Shown piece after piece: positions 29,187-40,069 of a stretch of 64,000 nt of DNA. Source of the stretch: an uncultured Bacteroidales bacterium (GTDB taxonomy: Bacteria > Bacteroidota > Bacteroidia > Bacteroidales > UBA1402). Both the position numbers and the translations under genes were made by a program. Position 1 is the first letter of the stretch. The number at the start of each line of letters is the position of its first letter. The stretch covers positions 1,981,550-2,045,549 of the forward strand of contig OW818699.1 of the NCBI GenBank assembly GCA_942493385.1, in the 5' to 3' direction. The notes under the pieces are model-generated. The model made no database searches. It was not told the origin of the DNA and worked only from the letters and a program-made list of their open reading frames with translations.

Positions 29187-32100
29187 TTGAAAAGCAGTCG
29201 GTTCATACTTTTTGGATCGCTGATCGCCCTATTGGGGGTGTTCAGCCAGTTTGCCGCGTCTACTCCACAAGCTCCGCAGACTCCACAGTCTTCTAAGGAG
29301 AAGGTGAAGGAGTTGGTTGCAAAGAGGGCTGCTGCGGCTGCAGCAGCAGCCTCCAAACAGCCTGCCCTGACAAAGCCAGCGGATGGGTCCAAACCGACCG
29401 ACGCCACCAAACAGGCAACCCCAAGCAAACCGGCGACTTTTCCGTTAAAAGATTACAAATATCCGGTCAGCGAGATCGTTCCTCAATCGCTGGATCAAGT
29501 TGGTAAACAGACCGCTGTTGAATTGCGGGATCCTGCCAACATCAAAACCGTGGTGGAATACGATCCTGCCACAGGGACTTTTCAGGTTGTCACGAAGTTG
29601 GGAGAAGAAATCATCAGCACACCCATCAGCCTGACGCAGGAAGAATACCTCCAATTTCAGGAACAACAATCGACGGCGGCGTATTGGCGCTCCAAAAACA
29701 AAATTGATTACAGCAAGAAAAAAGATGATTTTTCCCTCACCGACATGCAGTTCGACATCGGGTTGGGCGACAAGATTTTTGGTGAAGGGGGCGTGCGGCT
29801 CAAGACCCAGGGTTCGGTCGAGACAAAATTCGGGCTGAAAACCAACATCGTGGACAATCCGTCCTTGTCGGAAAACGCCAGGAACCGGACGCGGTTCAAT
29901 TTTGACCAGAACATTCAGATGAGTGTCAACGGCAAGGTGGGCGACAAGATTGATGTCAACATGAATTACGATACCGAGGCGACGTTCCAGTACGATGCCA
30001 AATCCATCAAACTTCGTTACGACGGCAAGGAAGATGAAATCATCAAGAGTCTGGAAGCCGGGAATGTGAGCATGCCCATCAACAGTTCCTTGATTACTGG
30101 GGGCTCCACGCTTTTTGGGGTGAAAACGGAGCTCCAGTTCGGCAAATTGAAAATGGCCGGCGTCATTTCCCAACAGCAGTCCCAGACCAAATCGGTGAGT
30201 CTGAGCGGTGGAGTTCAGACGAGTGCGTTTGAAGTGAAGGCCGATGAATACGATGAAAACCGGCATTATTTTCTGTCCCAGTACTTCCGGAGCAATTACG
30301 ACACTTGGATGAGTACGATGCCCTACATTTCATCGGGTATTGTCATCAAAAAGGTGGAAGTTTGGGTGACGAACAAAAGCAGCATGCTGGACAATGCCCG
30401 CAACATCGTGGCTTTTGCTGACATGGCTGAACCGAATACGATTTTTAACAAGTACTGGACTGCCCGTGGTCTGCGAGTGCCTTCCAATGCAAGCAACAGT
30501 CTATATGACACCATCACCACCCAATATGCTGCCGCTCGTTCCTTTAGTGATGCCAATGCCACTTTAGAGCCGTTGGCGACGTTCGGCGTTCAGATGGGGG
30601 AGGATTACGAACGGTTGGAAAGCGCCAGAAGGCTGGATGCGAACGAATTCACTCTGAACAGTTCCCTGGGGTACATTTCTTTGCGGCAATCTTTGAACAG
30701 CGATGAGATTCTTGCCGTTGCCTACGAATTCACCTACAAGGGAAAGAATTATCAAGTGGGCGAATTCTCGACAGATGGTATCCAATCGCCCAACACGCTG
30801 TTTGTGAAACTGTTGAAGGGGACTGACTATTCACCCTATTCGCCGACTTGGGATTTGATGATGAAAAACGTCTATTCCATTGGCGCTTACAACCTGGAAG
30901 CTCAGGATTTCGATCTGCAGATCACGTATCAGAGCGATTCAGTCGGTACGGCCATCACGTATCTCACCGAGGGGAACATCAAGAACCAATTGCTGCTTCG
31001 CGTCATGGGTATGGACCGCCTCAACAGCAAAGAGCAGGCTTACCCTGACGGAGTGTTCGATTACAAGGAAGGATACACGGTTCAGTCTTCCAACGGGCGC
31101 ATCATTTTCCCGGTCTTGGAACCTTTTGGGTCTTATCTGAGGGGAAAAATCAACAACAATGCCGTTGCCGACAAGTACGTGTTTGAGGAACTCTACGATT
31201 CCACCTTGACGGTGGCCCAACAACTCACGGAAAAGAACAAATTTCTGGTGAGTGGTACCTACAAGGCCTCCTCGGGTGCCAGTCTTTCCTTGGGTGCCAC
31301 CAACGTGGCTCAGGGTTCCGTCACAGTGACTGCAGGAGGACAAACCTTGTCCGAAAACGTCGATTACTCGGTGGATTACGCTTCCGGGACCGTGACCATA
31401 CTGAACGAAGCGCTGATTTCGTCTGGTACCGCCATCAACGCCACCTGCGAGGACCAATCCACCTTTAGCATGGTGCGCAAGTCCATGGTGGGTTTGACCG
31501 CCGATTACAAATTCAGTGACAACTTCAATCTGGGTGGAACCGTGATGAAGCTTTCCGAAACGCCCCTTACCACCAAGGTCGATATGGGCTACGAGTCGGT
31601 AAACAATACCATTTGGGGGCTGAACGGTTCCTTCAAGACCGAATCGCAACTCTTGACCAATTTGATTGACAAGCTTCCGTTCCTGAATGCCACAAAACCT
31701 TCGCAACTTACCGTGAACGGGGAAGTGGCACAACTCATCGCCGGTTCGTCCAATGCCCTGAAGGACATGTCCTACATCGATGATTTCGAGGCTGCCAAGA
31801 AGACCATCAACCTGAAGGACATGACGCAATGGTTTCTGGCCAGCACACCGACTAATTTTACGGAATCCACCAGAAACAACGACCTGAGTTACGGATTCAA
31901 CCGTTCATTGCTGGCCTGGTACACCATCGATGGCATTTTTACCCAACTCGGAACATCACAGACACCCAGTCACATCAAGAACGACTACGAACAACTTTCC
32001 AATCATTTCGTGCGAACCGTTCAGGAAAAGGAAATATTCCCGAACAGGCAGAAAATCTACAACCAGACTGGCGTGCTTTCGGTGATGAACCTGGCATTCT

Positions 32101-35100
32101 ATCCCAAAGAAAGAGGTCCTTACAACTTCGACTGGAACGGCATTGGAACCGATGGCTATCTCCAAAACCCTGATAAACGCTGGGGAGGTATCATGCGGCG
32201 CATTGAGTCCGGCTATACCAATTTTGAATCCAACAATGTGGAATACATCGAATTTTGGTTGATGGATCCCTTTGTTTACGATACCGCCGGGGTTTCCACA
32301 GGTGGCGACCTGTATTTCAACCTGGGTGAACTCTCAGAAGATGTGCTCAAGGATGGCAAGCGTTCGTTCGAAAATGGACTCTCGACTTCACCCACCGATT
32401 CGACGCTCATCACCAAAACCGTTTGGGGTAAGGTTTCAGGCAAGACGTCAACCGCTTATGCGTTCGACAATACGCCAGGTGTTCGTGATGTCCAGGATGT
32501 AGGGTTGGACGGATTGAGTACGGATGAGGAAGCTACTTGGCCAACCACAGCAAACTACTTGGACAATGTTCGTAACAAGGTTGCACCTGCTGCCTTGAGC
32601 CGCATGCAGGATGATCCGTACTCACCGCTGAACGACCCTGGTGGCGACAATTATCACTACTTCCGCGGCTCGGACTTCGATGCCCAAAAAGCTGGGATTC
32701 TGCAACGATACAAGCATTTCAACGGGACGGAAGGCAATGCCCAGTCCACCGCCAAGTCGGGTGAAACGTATTCCACGGCTGAAACCACCCTGCCCAATGT
32801 GGAAGACATCAATTTGGACTTCACGCTGAATGAAACGGAACGCTATTACCAGTACCACGTGTCCATTCGTCCGCAGGACATGGTGGTGGGGCAGAATTTC
32901 ATCAACGATAAACGGACATCAACCGTTGTTCTTAAAAACGGTAAGAATACCACCATCAACTGGTATCAATTCAAGGTGCCCATTACGGATTTTGAGAAAA
33001 AAGTAGGAACCATAAGCGGCTTCAACAGCATCCGCTTTATCAGGATGTTCATGACCGGTTTCCAGGACAGTACCATCTTGCGTCTTGCCAGCCTTGATCT
33101 GGTGCGTGGTGACTGGCGGAACTACACCAAGGATCTTTACAATGTCGCTCCGATATCAGATGCCAAAGTGGATGTTGCCACCGTGAGCTTGGAAGAGAAT
33201 TCAGGCCGTACCCCCATCAATTACAAGCTGCCTCCCGGTGTGACCCAGGAATCCGATCCGAGCCAACCCGGCGTCTATCTGGAAGACGAGCAATCGTTGG
33301 CATTCCGCATCACCGACCTTTCACCTGGCGATGCCCGTTCGGTGTACAAGAATACCTCCTACGATTTCAGACAGTACGAACGACTTCAAATGTTTATCCA
33401 TGCGGAGTCCTTCGTAGAAGATTTGAATCCCCCCAAGGATTATGAGATGACTGTGTTCATGCGCCTTGGAACGGATTATCAGAACAATTATTACGAGTAC
33501 GAAATTCCGTTGCAGATTTCGCCGGCCTACGTCAATTCTGCCACTTCCATCTGGCCGGACAACAACTTTTTCGACATTCCGTTTAAGTTGCTGACAGACC
33601 TGAAGACCAAGCGGAACATGACCAGCGGTGCACTTACCAAGGAATTTTCAGAGTACGATGCGGACAAGATTCAGAACAAAGTCAAGATTATGGGTAACCC
33701 CAGCTTGGCCGATGTGAAGACCATCATGGTGGGTGTCCGAAACAAAGGCACGACGGTGAAATCCGTTGAAATCTGGATGAATGAGTTGCGCTTGTCGGGT
33801 TTTCAGGAAAAAGGCGGCTGGGCTGCGTTGGGCAGTGCCGTGTTGGCTTTGTCCGACTTGGGTACCATCAATGCCAGCGGTCGCTTCGTTTCCGACGGTT
33901 TCGGCGGTTTGGAGCAAAGTGTTTCCGAACGCAGCATCACCAATTACGGGCAGTACAACATGGCCCTCAATTTCAACATGGGCCGATTCTTCCCGGATAA
34001 GGCAAAAGTGAATTTTCCGCTTTACTATTCGGTTTCCAACGAAAAATCCACGCCCAAGTACGATCCGCTCAACGAAGATCTTTTGCTCAAAGACGTGTTG
34101 GCAGCAGCGCCGAGCAAGGCCATCCGCGACTCCATCCTGAATTACAGCCAGAAACTCAAAACGTTTAAGAGCCTGAGCCTGACCGGGGTTCGCATCGGAA
34201 TTAAAAGCAAGATTCCTCTGCCCATCGACCCTGACAACTTCACGTTCCGCTATACTTCGACCAATTCATTCGAACGGGATGCGACTACGGAATATGAAAT
34301 CACCAAGCATTTCGAGGGGGGAGCAAGCTATACCTACGCTTCACCGTTCAAGTCCTGGACGCCGTTTGCAAAAAACAAGAAACTGGATTCGCCCTGGTTG
34401 AAAATGATCAAGGAATTCAACCTGAATGTGTTGCCGAATTCCATCACCGCCAATACCAACCTGATTCGGGATTATTTTGAGAAACAGGCCAGGGATTTGG
34501 CTTCGGGTTCGTCCGGCATGGACATTCCGCTCACCGTCAGCAAGAATTTCATGTGGAACACCGACTTGGACTTGAACTGGAACCTGACCAAGAACCTTCG
34601 CATGAAATTCACCACCAACAACCGTTCCGTGGTGGAAGAAACGTTGAATTCGCCGGTCAACAAGGAACTATTCGCCACCGAATATGAGAACTGGAAAGAC
34701 ACGGTAAACCAAAGTCTTCGCAGTTTTGGATCCCCACTGAATTATACGCAGACCACCAACCTAAACTGGCAGATCCCGATGAACCGGATTCCGGTGCTGG
34801 ACTTTCTCACAGCGAGCTCGCAGTACAATGCTGTTTATAACTGGGACCGCAGCGCCATCAGTACTACGCAGACGGATGTGGGAAACATCATTTCCAACGA
34901 TCGGACGTTGACCTTAACGACCACGGCCAACTTGACTAACCTCTACAACAAGTGGGATTTCCTTAAGAACGTCAACAAGAAATTTGATGCGCCACCCAAG
35001 CCAAAGGCTGCTGCTCCGGCAAAGCGGGATCCCAATAAGACGGCAGACCCCAACAATCCGAATGTGCCCGGCAAGGATGGCAAGGTAGATCTAAAGACCC

Positions 35101-36800
35101 CTCAGAATGCCGTTCCGAACCAGAAAACACCAGTTGCACCTCCGGTGAAACAAATTGTCAAGGAACCCAAAAAATTTGAGGTGGAACTCGACATGGTATC
35201 GGATTCGCTTTTTCCGGTCAAGCACAACCTGAAAAACAAAAGGGTCTATGTGGTGGCGGTCGATTCCTCAGGCAGAAATGTGAAGGTACGCATGCGGATT
35301 AAGGATGAAAACATTCTGGTCGTGCTTTCCAAGGATAGTGTTAAAGTGAAATTGACCGTTTATCAGAAACCAGCACTCGACGACGAAGGCTGGTATAAGG
35401 TTGCCTCCGTGGCCGCCAGAGCCTTGATGTCCATGAAGAACATCACGGTGAACTATACACAGAAAGACGGTCTGTCTGTTCCGGGTTTCAAATCGGAATC
35501 CAATTTGTTTGGTGCGACACCGGATTACGGTATGGCACCTGGTTGGGATTTCGCCCTTGGCGTACAACCTTCCAATTATTTGGAACAGGCGAAACGAATG
35601 GGTTGGCTGATTGTTACGGATTCCATCACCACCCCGGCCAGGATGTCTTCCTCGACCGACTTGCGCATCAAGTCTTCGGTTGAACTCATCCGCGGGCTGA
35701 AAATTGATTTGTCGGCAAACCGCAACTGGACATCGAACAACGAAATCGAGTACATGTTCGATGGCATGCCTCAAAACAAGAACGGAACCTTCAGCATGAC
35801 TACGATTGCCATTTCCACAGCATTTGAATCGCCCAAATCGTCCAACGGTTATAAATCGGCTGGTTTCGATCGTTTTCTGAAGAACAGGAACATCATTGCA
35901 TCTCGTTTGCAAAATAAAATGACGGGTAAAACCTATCCGAAAGTGGGTTTCCTCGAAAACCTCCCAGTCGGAACCCCGTACGATGCCAACCTCGGTGTGT
36001 TCGCGCCCAATTCGGCCGATGTGCTCATTCCTGCGTTCCTGGCCGCCTATACCGGAAAAAGTGCCATCCGGTCCGATCTCAGCCTGTTCCCTGCTTTGAA
36101 AGCTTTGTTGCCAAACTGGTCCGTTACCTACGATGGGCTTTCCAACCTGGAAATCGTCAAGAAATTTTTCCGAAACGTCACGCTCAATCATGCCTACAGC
36201 TGTACCTACAACGTTGGTTCCTTCGCTTCCTTCAATTCCTGGATAGACGGTGGAGATGGTCTGGGTTATGTGCAGGACGTGTTGAGCGGAAACCCGACGC
36301 CGTCTTCCATGTACGATGTGGGCTCTGTAACCTTGATGGAATCCTTTAATCCGCTTTTCAGGGTTCAGGCGACACTGAAAAATGGCTGGACGCTTAAAAC
36401 GGAGGTTCGTAAAACGCGCAGCATGAACCTGAGCATCACCGGCGGCCAAGTCATCGAGGCCGATCAGGATCAGTTTGTCGTTGGCACCAATTACAAGATC
36501 AGTGACTTCCATCCTTGGGGCTTTCTGGCCAATTCCAAAATCAAGAACGATTTGAGCCTCACCGGAAACTTGACCTACAAGAACCAGTTCTCCTTGTTGC
36601 GCAAGATTGAGGACAACTATACCCAGGCATCTTCTGGCAATAAGACGTTGGTGGTGGAAATGTTGGGTGATTACGCCATTTCACGGAACATGAACATGAC
36701 GCTGTTTTACAACCTGGAATCAAGCATTCCGTTGGTCTCGTCCTATCCCGTGACTTCCTCCGACTTCGGGTTCAGCCTCCGGTTTACCTTGAATAGGTAA
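29187..36800 (+). CDS. sprA: Type IX secretion system outer-membrane translocon SprA/Sov
   Basis: 2537 aa; GKLKMAGVISQQ, YDENRHYFL, WGGIMR, EYIEFWLMDPF, VEIWMNELRL, C-terminal FGFSLRFTL. It follows ruvA, the conserved order in Bacteroidetes. TTG start. Confidence 0.95.
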   Translation: MKSSRFILFGSLIALLGVFSQFAASTPQAPQTPQSSKEKVKELVAKRAAAAAAAASKQPALTKPADGSKPTDATKQATPSKPATFPLKDYKYPVSEIVPQSLDQVGKQTAVELRDPANIKTVVEYDPATGTFQVVTKLGEEIISTPISLTQEEYLQFQEQQSTAAYWRSKNKIDYSKKKDDFSLTDMQFDIGLGDKIFGEGGVRLKTQGSVETKFGLKTNIVDNPSLSENARNRTRFNFDQNIQMSVNGKVGDKIDVNMNYDTEATFQYDAKSIKLRYDGKEDEIIKSLEAGNVSMPINSSLITGGSTLFGVKTELQFGKLKMAGVISQQQSQTKSVSLSGGVQTSAFEVKADEYDENRHYFLSQYFRSNYDTWMSTMPYISSGIVIKKVEVWVTNKSSMLDNARNIVAFADMAEPNTIFNKYWTARGLRVPSNASNSLYDTITTQYAAARSFSDANATLEPLATFGVQMGEDYERLESARRLDANEFTLNSSLGYISLRQSLNSDEILAVAYEFTYKGKNYQVGEFSTDGIQSPNTLFVKLLKGTDYSPYSPTWDLMMKNVYSIGAYNLEAQDFDLQITYQSDSVGTAITYLTEGNIKNQLLLRVMGMDRLNSKEQAYPDGVFDYKEGYTVQSSNGRIIFPVLEPFGSYLRGKINNNAVADKYVFEELYDSTLTVAQQLTEKNKFLVSGTYKASSGASLSLGATNVAQGSVTVTAGGQTLSENVDYSVDYASGTVTILNEALISSGTAINATCEDQSTFSMVRKSMVGLTADYKFSDNFNLGGTVMKLSETPLTTKVDMGYESVNNTIWGLNGSFKTESQLLTNLIDKLPFLNATKPSQLTVNGEVAQLIAGSSNALKDMSYIDDFEAAKKTINLKDMTQWFLASTPTNFTESTRNNDLSYGFNRSLLAWYTIDGIFTQLGTSQTPSHIKNDYEQLSNHFVRTVQEKEIFPNRQKIYNQTGVLSVMNLAFYPKERGPYNFDWNGIGTDGYLQNPDKRWGGIMRRIESGYTNFESNNVEYIEFWLMDPFVYDTAGVSTGGDLYFNLGELSEDVLKDGKRSFENGLSTSPTDSTLITKTVWGKVSGKTSTAYAFDNTPGVRDVQDVGLDGLSTDEEATWPTTANYLDNVRNKVAPAALSRMQDDPYSPLNDPGGDNYHYFRGSDFDAQKAGILQRYKHFNGTEGNAQSTAKSGETYSTAETTLPNVEDINLDFTLNETERYYQYHVSIRPQDMVVGQNFINDKRTSTVVLKNGKNTTINWYQFKVPITDFEKKVGTISGFNSIRFIRMFMTGFQDSTILRLASLDLVRGDWRNYTKDLYNVAPISDAKVDVATVSLEENSGRTPINYKLPPGVTQESDPSQPGVYLEDEQSLAFRITDLSPGDARSVYKNTSYDFRQYERLQMFIHAESFVEDLNPPKDYEMTVFMRLGTDYQNNYYEYEIPLQISPAYVNSATSIWPDNNFFDIPFKLLTDLKTKRNMTSGALTKEFSEYDADKIQNKVKIMGNPSLADVKTIMVGVRNKGTTVKSVEIWMNELRLSGFQEKGGWAALGSAVLALSDLGTINASGRFVSDGFGGLEQSVSERSITNYGQYNMALNFNMGRFFPDKAKVNFPLYYSVSNEKSTPKYDPLNEDLLLKDVLAAAPSKAIRDSILNYSQKLKTFKSLSLTGVRIGIKSKIPLPIDPDNFTFRYTSTNSFERDATTEYEITKHFEGGASYTYASPFKSWTPFAKNKKLDSPWLKMIKEFNLNVLPNSITANTNLIRDYFEKQARDLASGSSGMDIPLTVSKNFMWNTDLDLNWNLTKNLRMKFTTNNRSVVEETLNSPVNKELFATEYENWKDTVNQSLRSFGSPLNYTQTTNLNWQIPMNRIPVLDFLTASSQYNAVYNWDRSAISTTQTDVGNIISNDRTLTLTTTANLTNLYNKWDFLKNVNKKFDAPPKPKAAAPAKRDPNKTADPNNPNVPGKDGKVDLKTPQNAVPNQKTPVAPPVKQIVKEPKKFEVELDMVSDSLFPVKHNLKNKRVYVVAVDSSGRNVKVRMRIKDENILVVLSKDSVKVKLTVYQKPALDDEGWYKVASVAARALMSMKNITVNYTQKDGLSVPGFKSESNLFGATPDYGMAPGWDFALGVQPSNYLEQAKRMGWLIVTDSITTPARMSSSTDLRIKSSVELIRGLKIDLSANRNWTSNNEIEYMFDGMPQNKNGTFSMTTIAISTAFESPKSSNGYKSAGFDRFLKNRNIIASRLQNKMTGKTYPKVGFLENLPVGTPYDANLGVFAPNSADVLIPAFLAAYTGKSAIRSDLSLFPALKALLPNWSVTYDGLSNLEIVKKFFRNVTLNHAYSCTYNVGSFASFNSWIDGGDGLGYVQDVLSGNPTPSSMYDVGSVTLMESFNPLFRVQATLKNGWTLKTEVRKTRSMNLSITGGQVIEADQDQFVVGTNYKISDFHPWGFLANSKIKNDLSLTGNLTYKNQFSLLRKIEDNYTQASSGNKTLVVEMLGDYAISRNMNMTLFYNLESSIPLVSSYPVTSSDFGFSLRFTLNR

Positions 36801-36806
36801 TTACTA

Positions 36807-37673
36807 CTAATTGCTGGAATCCGAAAGACTGTCGGAAACTTTGTTCTGTTTTCGGTAGATGTAGTCGAGTTTGGCCTGAGCGAGGCGCATTTCGTCGAGC
36901 AGTTTCGTGATGTCGGAAAGGATGGTGGAAAGGTTGGAGGCGGCTTGCATGGCTTGTTTGTCGCCCTTGCCGAGCGTATAGGCTTTTGGCGAACCGCCGA
37001 GTAAATGGATTGTGACCGACTGTTTGTCGTGAAGCAAGATGAAATTGATCACCCCGTTTTCCTTCTTTCGGTTGAAACAAACGTTTTCATACCGAGTGTC
37101 CCCATCGTTGTAGCGGTAGTTCAGGGCACCATCGTACGGTACACTGAGCGTTTCGGCGTAGGTTCCGTCCGGAGCAGAGGCGTGAACCCTGTCGTGGTTG
37201 ATCTTACGACCTCCGCAGTAATAGCTGGTCAACACCAGGTTGCCTTTCTCGTCCACCTTAGTTTGCAAAAAAGTACGCCCAAGATTTCGTTCCTGTATTT
37301 GAGACCGGTACACATAATGCCCCATGGTTTCGTACTCCATGTTTTTTTCGAAGGTGAAATTGCTTTTAGCAGCAGGCAATTCGTTCTGACGAATTTCCAA
37401 CATGCTGTCACAGAAAGCAAGCGTCCGGTTTTGTTCGGCAAAGTTGATTTCACGCATCACGCTCAAACCTTCCCGGATTTTGGCGTATTCTTTGGGGAAA
37501 CGGATTCTCACGCTGTCCACATAAATTTTGGCCAGCTGGTATTGTTGCTTTTGAATCAGTTCCTTTGCGCGTAGCAGGTAATCGTCAGGCCGCACCTCGG
37601 AAACCGAAGAACAGGAAAACATTAAAGCGCCAATGCTGAGTTGTACGAAAGTAAAGAGTAAACGTCCAATCAT
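36807..37673 (-). CDS. Conserved hypothetical lipoprotein with an N-terminal TPR-like/coiled-coil region
   Basis: The ATG at 37673 gives MIGRLLFTFVQLSIGALMFSC (lipobox); a promoter motif lies upstream. Confidence 0.7.
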   Translation of the reverse strand: MIGRLLFTFVQLSIGALMFSCSSVSEVRPDDYLLRAKELIQKQQYQLAKIYVDSVRIRFPKEYAKIREGLSVMREINFAEQNRTLAFCDSMLEIRQNELPAAKSNFTFEKNMEYETMGHYVYRSQIQERNLGRTFLQTKVDEKGNLVLTSYYCGGRKINHDRVHASAPDGTYAETLSVPYDGALNYRYNDGDTRYENVCFNRKKENGVINFILLHDKQSVTIHLLGGSPKAYTLGKGDKQAMQAASNLSTILSDITKLLDEMRLAQAKLDYIYRKQNKVSDSLSDSSN

Positions 37674-37695
37674 GTAAGAGAATCTTGGGATGATG

Positions 37696-37734
37696 CAAAA
37701 GTACAGCATTGAAAGAAAAAAATGGTTACTTTTG
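37696..37734. promoter_or_regulatory. Divergent Bacteroidetes promoter pair (TACTTTTG on each strand)
   Basis: CAAAAGTA at 37696-37703 (minus-strand TACTTTTG) and TACTTTTG at 37727-37734, between the divergent lipoprotein and cca genes. Confidence 0.75.
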
Positions 37735-37756
37735 CAACCTATTTGAAGCTCCAACT

Positions 37757-39178
37757 GTGAATTTAAGTGAAAAAATAAAGGACAAGATTTTCGGTGTCGT
37801 TTCTGAAGCCGCCGATGAACTGCAGGTCGAATCGTACGTGATCGGCGGGTATGTCCGTGATCTTTTTTTAAAGCGTGCCTCCAAGGACATTGATGTTGTG
37901 ACGGTTGGCAGTGGCATCGCCTTGGCTAGGTTAGTTGCGCGCAAGCTCGGAAAGAACGTGCAAGTGACGGTTTTCAAGAATTTCGGTACTGCTCAACTAA
38001 AACATGCTGGTATTGAAGTCGAATTCGTCGGGGCCCGTCGCGAATCGTATCATTTGGATTCTCGCAAGCCTGTTGTGGAGGACGGAACCCTCGAAGACGA
38101 TCAAAAACGCCGCGATTTCACCATCAATGCCCTGGCAATCTGTCTGAATATAGACCGTTTCGGTGAATTGGTCGATCCTTTTTACGGGATGGAGGACCTT
38201 CGCGACATGCTGCTGCGAACTCCTCTCGATCCCGACACCACCTTTAGCGACGATCCTTTGCGCATGATGCGGGCCATCCGTTTCGCCTGCCAGCTCGATT
38301 TCGACATCGTTCCCGAAGCCTTCGAAGCCATTGAACGCAACAAGGAGCGCATCTCCATCATCTCGGGCGAACGCATTGTGGATGAGCTCAATAAAATGAT
38401 GGCTTCTCGCAAACCATCTGTCGGATTCCGACTATTGGACGTTTGCGGCCTACTCGATCTGATTCTGCCTGAAATCGCCGCTCTAAAAGGTGCTGAAACC
38501 AAGGATGGGGTGGGGCATAAGGACAATTTCACGCACACGCTACAAGTACTGGACGGCGTAGCCCTTTCGAGCGACAACATCTGGCTCCGTTGGGCCGCGC
38601 TTTTTCACGATGTGGGCAAACCCGTGACCAAACGCTGGGATGCCAAAGCGGGTTGGACCTTTCACAACCACAACTTTATCGGTGAGAAAATGGTGCCGGA
38701 GATCTTCCGCCGCCTCAAGTTTCCCATGAACGACAAGATGAAGTACGTCAAGAAGATGGTCGGCCTGCACATGCGCCCCATCGTGCTGAGTCAGGAAATC
38801 GTGACGGATTCTGCCGTGCGCCGCCTACTTTTCGATGCCGGAGACGATATCGAGGATTTGATGGCTTTGTGCGAAGCCGACATCACCTCCAAAAATCCCG
38901 AAAAGGTAAAACGCTTTCTGGGTAATTTCCAATTGGTTCGCAGCAAGCTCCGCGAACTCGAAGAAAAGGACCGCATTCGCAACATGCAACCTCCCGTTTC
39001 CGGTGAGGAAATCATGGAAATTTTCGGTTTATCGCCCTGTAAAGAGGTTGGTCTGATCAAAGACGCCATCAAGGATGCGATACTTGACGGTGTCATTCAT
39101 AACGATGCGGAGGCAGCCAAGACTTTCATGCTGGAGCGGGCCAGGAAACTGGGGTTGAAACCGGTGAAAGGGTTATAA
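37757..39178 (+). CDS. cca: CCA-adding tRNA nucleotidyltransferase with HD domain
   Basis: VIGGYVRD, DIDVV, RRDFTINALA, DDPLRMMRAIRF, LFHDVGKP. GTG start at 37757 downstream of the promoter. Confidence 0.92.
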   Translation: MNLSEKIKDKIFGVVSEAADELQVESYVIGGYVRDLFLKRASKDIDVVTVGSGIALARLVARKLGKNVQVTVFKNFGTAQLKHAGIEVEFVGARRESYHLDSRKPVVEDGTLEDDQKRRDFTINALAICLNIDRFGELVDPFYGMEDLRDMLLRTPLDPDTTFSDDPLRMMRAIRFACQLDFDIVPEAFEAIERNKERISIISGERIVDELNKMMASRKPSVGFRLLDVCGLLDLILPEIAALKGAETKDGVGHKDNFTHTLQVLDGVALSSDNIWLRWAALFHDVGKPVTKRWDAKAGWTFHNHNFIGEKMVPEIFRRLKFPMNDKMKYVKKMVGLHMRPIVLSQEIVTDSAVRRLLFDAGDDIEDLMALCEADITSKNPEKVKRFLGNFQLVRSKLRELEEKDRIRNMQPPVSGEEIMEIFGLSPCKEVGLIKDAIKDAILDGVIHNDAEAAKTFMLERARKLGLKPVKGL

Positions 39179-40069
39179 TTCAGTTTTTTCCAGAACAAAA
39201 AACAGGTACTTTTTGTCTTTAACAAAGAGTTCCGGATCGACTGCCGCCCTTTCCTTGGCAATCTTGGAATCGATCTTGGTACGAAGTCGGCCAGTCAGGT
39301 AAAAAAGCCACCCTTTCTTGTAACGCAATTTTTCAAAACCGTAGTGCTTGATCGGTTCCAGAAAGCGTTCTAGATACAGGTTGACAAAACGGATGGTTGG
39401 AAGAACATTGGATGTCATGTCTTTTTCAACCAGAATGTTCCAACCGTGCTGGCTGACGTGTTTTCTGAAATCATCCAATCGATGGGAGCCTCGATTTTTC
39501 TCGCTTTCGTTGGTCCGGAAATAATCGGTAATGATCCAACGCCCATTTGGCAGGATGGACTCATCAACCTTCCGAAAAGCTTCGTCCAACGTGATGTACT
39601 GCAACGATTCGGAATTGATGATGGTGCCATAGCGTTTGCCTGGTAAGAAATGCTCGAACTTGCAGCGGTGGCACTTTAGTTTAGGGTGCCTGCCGCTGAT
39701 GTAGTCAATCTGGTTCTTGTTGGGTGTGAGCACCTCAACATCCATCGATTGTTCCAACATCAATTCGGCCAGACCGCCCATGCCACAGCCCACATCAAGT
39801 ACAGGATTCTTTTTGTCGGCAACTTGAGCCAAAATGTTGTTGGCATAGCGGTGTTGTGCATCACCCACTTGTTTGAGTGAGATCTCATCGGGTTTTACAT
39901 CGGTGTCTTCGAAATATCCCCAATGCAACATATTGTTGTTCAGTATCTTAGAATACAAGTATAATTCCAGGTCGTAAGACGATTTGTCAAACTTGGCATT
40001 TTGTTTGTTGAAACGGTAGGCTCTGACCCACTCCACAGGATTTAAAAAAGGTGTGATCGCACTCATCAA
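39173..40069 (-). CDS. Class I SAM-dependent methyltransferase (sterol/tocopherol/RebM-like LHWGY subgroup)
   Basis: MLHWGYFED, VLDVGCGMGG (SAM motif I), TIINSESLQYI, LPNGRWIITDYF. Confidence 0.85.
   Translation of the reverse strand: MMSAITPFLNPVEWVRAYRFNKQNAKFDKSSYDLELYLYSKILNNNMLHWGYFEDTDVKPDEISLKQVGDAQHRYANNILAQVADKKNPVLDVGCGMGGLAELMLEQSMDVEVLTPNKNQIDYISGRHPKLKCHRCKFEHFLPGKRYGTIINSESLQYITLDEAFRKVDESILPNGRWIITDYFRTNESEKNRGSHRLDDFRKHVSQHGWNILVEKDMTSNVLPTIRFVNLYLERFLEPIKHYGFEKLRYKKGWLFYLTGRLRTKIDSKIAKERAAVDPELFVKDKKYLFFVLEKTEL

Noticed and set aside
29445-36512. Several 270-414 aa antisense ORFs within sprA
   Set aside because: Expected on the reverse strand of a long GC3-biased gene; no independent evidence.
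28591-36800. ruvA-sprA linkage as a novel association
   Set aside because: This order is widely conserved in Bacteroidetes.
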